Of a stretch of 64,000 nucleotides of DNA, positions 29,008-37,754 are shown in pieces. The position numbers and the translations under genes are program-made. Source of the DNA: Elusimicrobiota bacterium (lineage in GTDB: Bacteria; RUG730; JBDRED01). Position 1 is the stretch's first letter. Each line of letters starts with the position of its first letter. The DNA is taken from contig JBDRED010000021.1 of NCBI GenBank assembly GCA_043820025.1, forward strand, positions 14,902 through 78,901. Reading direction: 5' to 3'. The notes under the pieces were generated by a model. The model had not been told where the DNA came from. It worked only from the letters and a program-made list of their open reading frames with translations, and searched no databases.

Positions 29008-29400
29008 TTAAACACCGGCCAAACATGAAAAATCAATAAAATCAACTACATTGCCTCGAAATATTCTGTCAAAAATATTTCCTAAACCGCCGCCGATAAA
29101 CAAACCTAAAAGCAGAGCGCATGGCAGTTTTGGATTTATTTTTTTACAATATAGTATTAATTTATTGCATGAGATTATTAATCCAAGAATCAGTAATGAA
29201 GAAAATACCAAAAAAAACAGATTGAGGCCTCTGCCTAAACCGAACGCTACTCCGGTATTTCTTATATGGGTAAAAGAAACAATATTAGGAATTATTTGTT
29301 TAGAAGCGCCAAGCGCGATTGTCTTTAAAACTATAAATTTTGATATTTGATCAAAAGAAAAAACCAAAGAAGAGTATAAAAACACCTTTTTCATCAGCAT
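29008..29400 (-). CDS. lspA: Lipoprotein signal peptidase (signal peptidase II)
   Basis: IRNTGVAFGL and GGGLGNIFDRIFRGNVVDFIDF conserved LspA blocks; directly downstream of ileS as in many bacteria. Confidence 0.85.
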   Translation of the reverse strand: MLMKKVFLYSSLVFSFDQISKFIVLKTIALGASKQIIPNIVSFTHIRNTGVAFGLGRGLNLFFLVFSSLLILGLIISCNKLILYCKKINPKLPCALLLGLFIGGGLGNIFDRIFRGNVVDFIDFSCLAGV

Positions 29401-29401
29401 A

Positions 29402-32245
29402 TTACCAATTTTTTATTATCTCGCTGCAGCGGCTGCAAAGCGAAGGATTTTCCTTATCATTACCCACAGTTGTTGACCAGTTCCAGCAGCGTTCGCATTT
29501 CTTTCCTTCAGCCTTAATGACATTAATATTGCAATGAAAACCTTTTAGCTTGTCTGAAAGGATTTCCGAATCTATATTCGCGGCAACATCTTCTTTAACA
29601 ATAATTTCCACCTGCGAGACTATAAGCGCCATAGCCCACAAAGTTTCATGGCCTTTATCCAGGTAAATGCCTTTATATTCCTTATTTATGGTTAAAACAA
29701 CGCGCGCTTCGAGTGAATTCCCAATAATTCCGGTCTGTCTTTTTTCCTCGATCTTTTTCAAAACAATCTTTCTAAACTCGAACATTTCATCCCACTTTTG
29801 GGCTGATTCTTTACAGCTTTCCCACTGTTTCAGCAAATCATTCTCAAATGAATTGATACCTGTAAAATCCTGCAAAAAAACGCTCTCTTGTTTACTGCCC
29901 GGGATACATTCCCATATCTCCTCAGCTGTGAACGATAAAACCGGCGCTATTAATCGAGTCAGCCAAGTAGCAATATAATACAAAGCTGTCTGCGCTGACC
30001 TGCGCTCCTTGCTCTTTGGGCTCAGCACATATAATCTGTCCTTCAATATATCAAAATATAATGAACTAAGCTCAATTGTGCAAAAATTATAAAACTTTCT
30101 GTACACAATATGAAACTCTCTTTCTTCATACGCTTTTTGAATGGTCTTGGTTAATTCAGCCAGTTTAAATAAAACCCATTTATCAATCTCTAACATATCC
30201 TTGTATTCGCAGGCGTGGTTTTCATGGTCATATTCATTAAGATTGCCTAATATATATCTTGCGGTGTTACGAATTTTACGATACGCGTCAACTAATTGTG
30301 TGATAATATCATCTGAAACACGAACATCTTCGCGATAATTCTCGCTTGAAACCCAAAGCCTGATTATATCAGCCCCATACTTGTCCATAATTTCCTGAGG
30401 AGCTATCACATTACCCTGTGATTTACTCATCTTCTTTCCCTCGCCGTCAACTGTAAATCCATGAGTAAGCACAGTTTTATATGGAGCTCTGTTATATAAA
30501 GCAACAGAGGGAATCAGAGAAGTCTGAAACCAGCCTCTATGCTGATCTGAACCCTCTAAATAAAGATCTGCAGGCCATGAAAGGCCCTCTCTCTGCTTGA
30601 GAACAGCTTCATGACTGACACCTGAATCAAACCATACATCCAGAATATCTGTTTCTTTGCGAAATTTTTTGCCGCCGCATGAACATGTTATATGCTCCGG
30701 AAGAATTTCGCCTGCATTCATATAGAACCATGCATCACTGCCTTTTTGTTCAAAGAGCGAGGCAACAGCTTCTACGCTCTCTTCAGTTAAAAGCTCCTGC
30801 CTGCAGTCCTCGCAGTAAAAAACCGGTATCGGCGTTCCCCACAAACGCTGCCTTGAGAGGCACCAATGCGGCCTATTCTCGATCATGCCTGTAATTCTAT
30901 TATAGCCAAATTCAGGAATCCACTTAACATCTGCGCATGCCTTTTTCAAAGCTTCGCGCAGGCCGTCTTTGTCAATATCAAGAAACCACTGATCCGTTGC
31001 CCTAAATACTATAGGCTCCTTGCATCTCCAGCAATGCGGATAAGAATGATTAATATCTTCTGCGCCAATAAGCAGGCTGTTTTTAATTAAATACTCGATA
31101 ATCAAAGGGTTGCAGCTAAAAACTTCTTTGCCTGCGAAGAGCGCTACATCGTCGGTAAAACATCCCTTATCATCAACAGGCGTTACTATTGGCAGATTAT
31201 ACTTAAGCGCTGTTTTATAATCGTCCTCGCCGTGGCCCGGAGCAATATGCACTATCCCTGTGCCGTCTTCCAGTGTGACAAAATCCGCGCAAACTCCCTG
31301 TGAGAACTCGTCTCTGAATGGAGATTTGCAGGTTAGTCCCTCAAGATCTTTGCCCTTTACCTTTTTTAATTCTTTATACGCCTTGATGCCGCATTTCCGG
31401 CATACATTATCTTTTAACTCGTCAGCAACAATATATCTCTCGCCTGCTTTAGCGCTCCCTTTACCCGACTCAGTAACCTCAAATATTACATAATCAAACT
31501 TCTCATGAAATGCTACAGCCACATTTGCAGGCAGTGTCCAAGGAGTGGTGGTCCATATTATAACGAATAGATTATCTATATCATTTAGTTTAGAATCTTT
31601 CACCGGAAACTTAACAAAAACTGAAGGCGATGTGTGATCTGCGTATTCAACCTCAGCCTCAGCCAGCGCTGTTTCGCACTTTCTGCACCAATATACCGGT
31701 TTTTTACCTCTATAGACATATCCCTTTTTCGCTAATTCTTTAAACATCCTCACAATTACGGCTTCATATTTCGGATCCATAGTAAGATACGGATTTTCCC
31801 AATCTCCCAATATGCCCAATCTTTTAAATTCATCTCTTTGAATCTTAATAAATTTCTGCGCGAATGCCCCTGCCTTTTTTCTAAACTTTAACTGATCAAC
31901 ATGATTTTTGTCTGTATTCATTTCTTTTAAGAGCTGATATTCTATCGGAAGCCCGTGGCAGTCCCATCCGGGAATATATGGAGTAAAAGACCCGTTCATT
32001 GATTCGTATTTAATTATGATATCCTTTAAAATTTTATTCAGCGCATGTCCCAGGTGTATGTGCCCGTTCGCGTATGGCGGCCCGTCATGGAGGATATAAT
32101 GCTTATTGTTTTTATTCTTAGCAAGCATCTTCCCATACAAATCCTGCGCTTCCCAATTCTTTGCCTGCACAGGCTCTCTCTGGGAAAGGTTTGCCTTCAT
32201 TGAAAATTTTGTCTTTGGTAAATTTACCTTCTTTTGATCTTCCAC
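29402..32245 (-). CDS. ileS: Isoleucyl-tRNA synthetase
   Basis: PYANGHIHLGHALNK (HIGH), KMSKSQGN (KMSKS), C-terminal CERCWN...CSRC zinc finger; 947 aa. Confidence 0.95.
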   Translation of the reverse strand: MEDQKKVNLPKTKFSMKANLSQREPVQAKNWEAQDLYGKMLAKNKNNKHYILHDGPPYANGHIHLGHALNKILKDIIIKYESMNGSFTPYIPGWDCHGLPIEYQLLKEMNTDKNHVDQLKFRKKAGAFAQKFIKIQRDEFKRLGILGDWENPYLTMDPKYEAVIVRMFKELAKKGYVYRGKKPVYWCRKCETALAEAEVEYADHTSPSVFVKFPVKDSKLNDIDNLFVIIWTTTPWTLPANVAVAFHEKFDYVIFEVTESGKGSAKAGERYIVADELKDNVCRKCGIKAYKELKKVKGKDLEGLTCKSPFRDEFSQGVCADFVTLEDGTGIVHIAPGHGEDDYKTALKYNLPIVTPVDDKGCFTDDVALFAGKEVFSCNPLIIEYLIKNSLLIGAEDINHSYPHCWRCKEPIVFRATDQWFLDIDKDGLREALKKACADVKWIPEFGYNRITGMIENRPHWCLSRQRLWGTPIPVFYCEDCRQELLTEESVEAVASLFEQKGSDAWFYMNAGEILPEHITCSCGGKKFRKETDILDVWFDSGVSHEAVLKQREGLSWPADLYLEGSDQHRGWFQTSLIPSVALYNRAPYKTVLTHGFTVDGEGKKMSKSQGNVIAPQEIMDKYGADIIRLWVSSENYREDVRVSDDIITQLVDAYRKIRNTARYILGNLNEYDHENHACEYKDMLEIDKWVLFKLAELTKTIQKAYEEREFHIVYRKFYNFCTIELSSLYFDILKDRLYVLSPKSKERRSAQTALYYIATWLTRLIAPVLSFTAEEIWECIPGSKQESVFLQDFTGINSFENDLLKQWESCKESAQKWDEMFEFRKIVLKKIEEKRQTGIIGNSLEARVVLTINKEYKGIYLDKGHETLWAMALIVSQVEIIVKEDVAANIDSEILSDKLKGFHCNINVIKAEGKKCERCWNWSTTVGNDKENPSLCSRCSEIIKNW

Positions 32246-32287
32246 AACAAAAACTCCTGTTATCTTAACACATCCATCTTTATAGTA

Positions 32288-33346
32288 TTAATTACTTGGT
32301 TGTTCGCCGATTTCTGCGTTTGGTTCTTCGCTCTTTGCTTCTTCCATCTTTGCTTGTTTTTTATCTTTGGATTTTTCTTTATCCTTAACTTTTTTTTCCT
32401 TTTCCGGCTTAGCTTCTTTTTGTTTTTCATTCTGTTTTTTATCTTCTTTACTCTTATCTCCCTTTTTCTCAAACTTTGACACAGCCTTTTCCATCATCTT
32501 AATAACCTTAGGATTACCTTTTATCTTTGCGATTGCCAGAGCGTCATTTCCCTTATTATTCTTAGCTGTAACATACGCCTTTTGCTTTATTATGCTATCA
32601 ATAAGTTTAACATTATCAGTCCTAATAGCGTACATAAGAGCTGTATTTCCTGTTTTGTCGGCAATATTCACGTCGAGATTCTTCTGTTTTTGGAGTATTG
32701 GCGTTATAGCATCGCATCCCTTTGATATTGAATACATAAAAGGAGTGACGCCATTTACATCTTGAAGATTGACATCAATCTTTGCCTTTAGGAGAACATT
32801 AACAAGTTGCGCATTCTTTTTTTCAACTGCAAATCTTAAAGCTGAAAATCCATTATCATCCACTGCGTTTATATTAGCGCCATGCTCCAAAAGAAATGAT
32901 ACAACTTCTACACGTTCTTCCCTGCTCGCAATTAAAAGAGCGGTCAAATCATTTTTTGTTTTATTATTAATGTCAAGGCCTCTGGTAAGAAGAAGTCCAA
33001 GTCCCGCTTGATCGCCTCTTCTCGCGAACACAAAAAACGCGCCGTAGAGAGCGTTTGTTTCCTCTATATCTCTCTTTGCCTCGTCAATATTTTCCAATCC
33101 GCTCAGCATTACGTTTTTTTCTACCGGTGTTACAGGCATAGCTGTCTGCGCAGGCTCAGCCTCAATATTTGAATTTGCAGCATCCGCTGAAGCCAGCATC
33201 ATTGGCACAGCTGTATATGTAGACATCGCAATAAGAATATTTGACTGTTCTTCATTTGGGGCCTGAACAGCGGAATCCTCTGCGTAAAGATTAGTTAATC
33301 CTAAAAAAAGACCTGCGGCTAAAAACATTACAAACATTTTTTTCAT
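32288..33346 (-). CDS. Secreted ankyrin-repeat protein with lysine/glutamate-rich C-terminal tail
   Basis: Signal peptide MKKMFVMFLAAGLFLGLTNLYA; at least 4 ANK repeats (NDLTALLIASREERVEVVSFLLEHGANINAVDDNGFSALRFAVEKKNAQLVNVLLKAKIDVN...); tail KEDKKQNEKQKEAKPEKEKKVKDKEKSKDKKQAK. Confidence 0.75.
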   Translation of the reverse strand: MKKMFVMFLAAGLFLGLTNLYAEDSAVQAPNEEQSNILIAMSTYTAVPMMLASADAANSNIEAEPAQTAMPVTPVEKNVMLSGLENIDEAKRDIEETNALYGAFFVFARRGDQAGLGLLLTRGLDINNKTKNDLTALLIASREERVEVVSFLLEHGANINAVDDNGFSALRFAVEKKNAQLVNVLLKAKIDVNLQDVNGVTPFMYSISKGCDAITPILQKQKNLDVNIADKTGNTALMYAIRTDNVKLIDSIIKQKAYVTAKNNKGNDALAIAKIKGNPKVIKMMEKAVSKFEKKGDKSKEDKKQNEKQKEAKPEKEKKVKDKEKSKDKKQAKMEEAKSEEPNAEIGEQPSN

Positions 33347-33442
33347 AAAATGCCCTCCTTTAATTGTAAAAATTGTTTACGCGGCGAGCGCGTAAATTAT
33401 TATAATGTTGTATTATACAAATTTATGGAAATATATCAAATT

Positions 33443-34675
33443 TTAATTCTTTGTAATTAGGTTAATCAAGGAAAGATAGTCGCATATATGGCGGGTTATT
33501 AGGAAATTATTACGAATATATTCTTTAGCGCGCCTGCCGAGTTTTTCAGAAAAATCCGGATTGTTTAATAAATACCTAACCCTGTACGCGCAGCCCTCTA
33601 CAGAATTAACCGTAAATCCGGTTTTTCCATAAATAATCTGTGTTGTTATTCCACCCACAGCGCCGCCTATAACAGGTTTTCCCTTCCACATAGCTTCTGC
33701 GACAGTAAGCCCAAATCCTTCTCTTAAAGATTTTTGCAAAATAACGCTCGCAGCGCTTTGAAGAGCGTTAATATCATGATGCGCATTGGGAGAAAGATTT
33801 AAAATAAACATATCAGGATCGCCCTCTGCAGCTGCGTTAACATACTCTAAAACCTGCAGGCCTTCAGGATCGTCATCAGCGCTGCCTCCTGCTAAGACTA
33901 AACAACAATCATTATACTGCTTCACTAGTTTATACGCTCTGATAACTCCTAACGGGTCTTTAAATTTATCAAACCTGGAAACTTGAAGTATTATTGGTTT
34001 ATCATTAGGTATCTTATATTTGTCCAGCACAGCTCTTATCTCATCTTTTGTCAGGTCTCTGCTTTTTTCGCTTAATGGATCTATAGACGGATAAATAAGA
34101 TATTGAGGTATAGCGAGCCTTTGAGAAAAACTCGGCAAAGAAAATATCGCGCTATCATACTTATCAATGTATTGTTTTAAAAAGTGCCAAACCTTTCTCT
34201 GCGGCCTTGAAGCGTCTACATGACAGCGCCAAACCCATTTTGAATTTTTCGGTTTAAAATTTACCAATGCAGCCGGCTGAGGATCATGAATAATCGCGAC
34301 GTCAGCTTTCAAATCAATCTTTTGCGCAGCAATCGTATTTATTCGTTTATATTCTTCATACAATTCATCCGATACATTTACCATCATTCCCTGCAAAGCA
34401 TTATGAAATGTTTTCGTGCATTTATAAAAAAGCGGAGAACCTTCAATTACCTCCCACCTTGCCTTTATATCCAATTCATTAAAAAGAGGCATCAGCCTAT
34501 TCAGCATCTCAGCAACGCCTCCGCCTGTGCGCGTTGAGTTTACATGCAGAAAGGTCTTGCCCTTCACGGTATCAGCCAGTTTATAAACTAAATCTAATGT
34601 GCCTCTTGGAGCAATATCCCTATAAGCCTCTAATATTGGATGCGTTTCACTCATTTTGACATTTCCTCGTCGCAT
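33443..34675 (-). CDS. treT: Trehalose glycosyltransferring synthase (GT4 family)
   Basis: FLHVNSTRTGGGVAEML, KTFHNALQG, HDPQPAAL, WVWRCHVD, PSIDPLSEK, ILQVSRFDKFKDP, DDPEG, REGFGLTVAEAMWKGKPVIGGAVGGI all align to the archaeal/bacterial TreT sequence as I recall it. Confidence 0.85.
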   Translation of the reverse strand: MRRGNVKMSETHPILEAYRDIAPRGTLDLVYKLADTVKGKTFLHVNSTRTGGGVAEMLNRLMPLFNELDIKARWEVIEGSPLFYKCTKTFHNALQGMMVNVSDELYEEYKRINTIAAQKIDLKADVAIIHDPQPAALVNFKPKNSKWVWRCHVDASRPQRKVWHFLKQYIDKYDSAIFSLPSFSQRLAIPQYLIYPSIDPLSEKSRDLTKDEIRAVLDKYKIPNDKPIILQVSRFDKFKDPLGVIRAYKLVKQYNDCCLVLAGGSADDDPEGLQVLEYVNAAAEGDPDMFILNLSPNAHHDINALQSAASVILQKSLREGFGLTVAEAMWKGKPVIGGAVGGITTQIIYGKTGFTVNSVEGCAYRVRYLLNNPDFSEKLGRRAKEYIRNNFLITRHICDYLSLINLITKN

Positions 34676-35301
34676 AAGAGCAATAACTTCGCCCTTAATC
34701 CTTCAAGATTATACATATAACAATCTATATTTTCTATCTTTTGCGCCAAATCAGTAAGCTGTAAATTATTTCCAATCCAGGACGCAAAATCACTCACTCC
34801 CTTACCGCTCCTAAGACGCGCGTCAAATATATGAAAATATATTACGCTTGCATCAATCGCTTTGATTGTATTTCTAAAATCCTTTAATGTTTTGACACTT
34901 ATTCCTGTAGGAACATCAACAATACATGACTTCATAAAATAGAAAGGCTGTCCATGCGTCAACGTGGGAATAGATCCAAGTTCAGATAAATGTTCGTCTA
35001 AAATCTCTACCAGGATATTTCTAACATCTTCCATACGCATTTTTTGAAGAGGAGTAACTGACGCAAGTTTTTCGCCTAATACACGATCCCTAAGCTGAAT
35101 AGAAGTCCAGTTTGCAAAATCATTTGGATATGGCCCGCCAATATTATAATCTGAATGTTTAAAATAAAAGGTATGCATGTGATAATAAATAGAATCTAAA
35201 GGAACCTCTTCCATAAGCTCCATCAGCTTTAATTCATTATCAGCTCTTCTTCCCAGAAGTTCAGTTATTTGATAACAGCTTTTGAAAACAAAATTTTTCA
35301 T
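34651..35301 (-). CDS. Hypothetical protein translationally coupled to treT
   Basis: 216 aa, no motif recognised; stop overlaps treT start region. Confidence 0.5.
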   Translation of the reverse strand: MKNFVFKSCYQITELLGRRADNELKLMELMEEVPLDSIYYHMHTFYFKHSDYNIGGPYPNDFANWTSIQLRDRVLGEKLASVTPLQKMRMEDVRNILVEILDEHLSELGSIPTLTHGQPFYFMKSCIVDVPTGISVKTLKDFRNTIKAIDASVIYFHIFDARLRSGKGVSDFASWIGNNLQLTDLAQKIENIDCYMYNLEGLRAKLLLLCDEEMSK

Positions 35302-35365
35302 TACTCATACCCCGCGGCGCGTAAACGCGCTAAGTATTTTATTCTCTCAAATATCCCCGTTCTTA

Positions 35366-36586
35366 TTACTCTAACACATCCTCTAAAAGAGCGCTTGTTT
35401 CAACTGCGGGAATTTCTTCAACATCTTTAAGCTTTCTCTGTATGGTTCTTGATTTTTTTGCGGCATCCTCGATTGTATTATGCGCTTCCATTAATTTTTT
35501 CTGCGTTTTATCCAATATATCGCCAAATTTGCCGAATTCATTCTTTACAGCTCCCAGAAGATTCCACACCTCGCTCGACCTTCTTTCTATTACCAATGTC
35601 CTAAAACCCATCTGCAGGCTGTTTAATAATGCTGACAATGTAGTCGGGCCTGTTACAATTATTCTGCATTCTCTCTGCAGTTTTTCGCAAAGATCGCTTC
35701 TCCTAATCACCTCAGCGTATAATCCTTCTGTCGGCAAAAACATAATACCAAAATCCGTTGTGTTTGGCGGATCTAAATATTTTTCCTGGATTGCTTTTGC
35801 CTCAAGCTTTATACGCGTTTCTAATTGTTTAATCGCCTGATCAACATCCTCATGATTTCCTCGTTCTTCAGCCTCTTGAAGACGCTGATAATCTTCCTGA
35901 GGAAATTTTGCGTCAATAGGCAGCCATACCACATCGTCCGTATTGTTTCTGCCCGGAAGTTTTATGGCAAACTCAACGCGTTCATTGCTCCCTTTCTTGG
36001 TTATGACATTACTGCTGTACTGTTCCTGGGTCAGTATCTGTTCTAATAGCGCGCCAAGCTGTATTTCGCCCCATGTGCCTCTTGTCTTAACATTGGTGAG
36101 AACCCTTTTCAAATCGCCAACGTTCGACGCCAAACTCTGCATTTCTCCCAGTCCTTTGTACACAGCTTCTAAACGCTCGCTCACAACCTTAAATGAATCT
36201 CCCAATCTCTTTTCCAATGTGGCATGCAGTTTTTCATCAACCGTCTCGCGCATCTTTTCTAATTTTTGATTATTATCTTCCTGAAGATTTCTTATACGTT
36301 CTTCAAGCATAACTCTCATATTTTCAAATTTCTCTTCATTGAGCCTTGAGATACCGGTCATATGCTTTACAATGGAATCATTAAATAGTTTCAGAGAAGA
36401 ACCAATTTCCTCTCTCTGCATACGCGCGTTTTTATCCATAGCGTCTCTTGTGTCCCTTAATAATCGTTCCAAATAAGTATATCCGCTATTATCCGCGCCT
36501 CTTTTAAATAATTGAACGAGCTGTATCGCAAAAATCCCAAGCGCCAAACAGCTGATAGTAATTAGTAGTGAAAACATATTTGTCAT
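35366..36586 (-). CDS. rmuC: DNA recombination protein RmuC
   Basis: N-terminal TM, long coiled-coil, C-terminal RmuC nuclease-like domain (TRGTWGEIQLGALLEQ). Confidence 0.8.
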   Translation of the reverse strand: MTNMFSLLITISCLALGIFAIQLVQLFKRGADNSGYTYLERLLRDTRDAMDKNARMQREEIGSSLKLFNDSIVKHMTGISRLNEEKFENMRVMLEERIRNLQEDNNQKLEKMRETVDEKLHATLEKRLGDSFKVVSERLEAVYKGLGEMQSLASNVGDLKRVLTNVKTRGTWGEIQLGALLEQILTQEQYSSNVITKKGSNERVEFAIKLPGRNNTDDVVWLPIDAKFPQEDYQRLQEAEERGNHEDVDQAIKQLETRIKLEAKAIQEKYLDPPNTTDFGIMFLPTEGLYAEVIRRSDLCEKLQRECRIIVTGPTTLSALLNSLQMGFRTLVIERRSSEVWNLLGAVKNEFGKFGDILDKTQKKLMEAHNTIEDAAKKSRTIQRKLKDVEEIPAVETSALLEDVLE

Positions 36587-36673
36587 CCTGAATTCTAAAC
36601 TTTAAAACTTTTTATTATAATAACTCAATGATTTTAATTATATATCATTATGTATCAAGATAGAAGAATAAAA

Positions 36674-36706
36674 AAAGCCGCTTTAAAATTTTTCAAAGCG
36701 GCTTCT
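36674..36706 (-). terminator. Rho-independent terminator candidate downstream of DUF3276 gene
   Basis: aagccgcttt ... aaagcggctt 10-bp stem; on minus strand followed by TTTTTTTATTCTT. Confidence 0.6.
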
Positions 36707-36727
36707 AAAAAATCCCTTCATTCATTA

Positions 36728-36958
36728 TTAATTATTTTTTACGAACTCCATCACCTTATTAAGACTCTCTGTAAAAGCATCAAAATGTTCCTGAAAGACC
36801 ATTACTCTTGTTCTTTCAGACTTTCCTTCAGTTGACCGCTTCTCTGTAATAACCAAATACTTTTGATTATCTTTTGTTTCCTTCACGTCGAAAAAATACA
36901 ACCTTCTACCAGCTGCCAGCTTCTCGGTAAACAGCTCCTTTTTTTCTTGTACGATCAT
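36728..36958 (-). CDS. DUF3276 (PUR-alpha-like ssDNA/RNA-binding) protein
   Basis: 76 aa; RRLYFFDVKETKDNQKYLVITEKR matches the PUR-like pattern (R.FFFDVK....G.YLKI.E). Confidence 0.7.
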   Translation of the reverse strand: MIVQEKKELFTEKLAAGRRLYFFDVKETKDNQKYLVITEKRSTEGKSERTRVMVFQEHFDAFTESLNKVMEFVKNN

Positions 36959-37065
36959 ACTAATCTCCTTATCTCAGAGAAATTAAGCGCCGGTAATTAT
37001 GTCTATGTATTATTAACAAGTATTACATAATAATGTGAGATATATCAAGCAAAAATTTATTTTTT

Positions 37066-37737
37066 TTACATTTTTTTATTTTCCATGAAACTATAGTATG
37101 AACCGGCGCCAACTATAATATGGTCAATTAAAGAAATGTCTACGGTTTTAAGCGCCTGCTTAACAGCCTCAGTCGCTTTCATATCATCTGCTGAAGGTTC
37201 GGTGAGTCCGCTCGGATGGTTATGCGCTATTATCACGCTAACAGCATGGTTTAACAAGGCTCTTTCAACAATATTTCTCGGATATATAACCGACTCATTA
37301 ACGGTTCCTGTCTGAAGCTGTTCAGATGCGATTACATGATTTTTACTATCCAGGAACAAAACAAAAAACTCCTCGTTTTTTTTGCCTTTCATTATAATCT
37401 TAAGGTAATCATAAACATTATTTGGAGATGATAAAATATCAACATCTATTATTCTTTTCTCGAGAAACTTCTCAGCAATGTCTTTGAATAGTTTAAGTAA
37501 TATTGCGCTGTGTTCAGCTATTCCCGTGACCTTCTGAAGTTCTTTAATATCCGCTGTTAAAACTGAATCAAATGTTTTAAATTTAGAAAGTAATCTCTTG
37601 GCAATTGGTTTTGTATCTTTCTGCGGGATAGCGTAAGTGAGCAGAAGTTCAAGCACCTCATAGTCATGCCATCCGGCAATGCCTTTTTTTAAATATTTTT
37701 CCTTAATACGCTTTCTATGGCCTATATTTTTATTCAT
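37066..37737 (-). CDS. radC: RadC-like JAB/MPN domain protein (UPF0758)
   Basis: HhH-like N-terminus; JAMM motif AHNHPSG...D. Confidence 0.85.
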   Translation of the reverse strand: MNKNIGHRKRIKEKYLKKGIAGWHDYEVLELLLTYAIPQKDTKPIAKRLLSKFKTFDSVLTADIKELQKVTGIAEHSAILLKLFKDIAEKFLEKRIIDVDILSSPNNVYDYLKIIMKGKKNEEFFVLFLDSKNHVIASEQLQTGTVNESVIYPRNIVERALLNHAVSVIIAHNHPSGLTEPSADDMKATEAVKQALKTVDISLIDHIIVGAGSYYSFMENKKM

Positions 37738-37754
37738 GTTATATTATATATTTA

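Noticed and set aside
32234-32479. Overlapping + and - ORFs (32234..32479 +, 32260..32472 -) encoding K/R/F-rich low-complexity peptides
   Set aside because: They are alternative-frame readings of the lysine-rich tail region of the ankyrin gene. Homopolymeric codon bias creates open frames in all registers.
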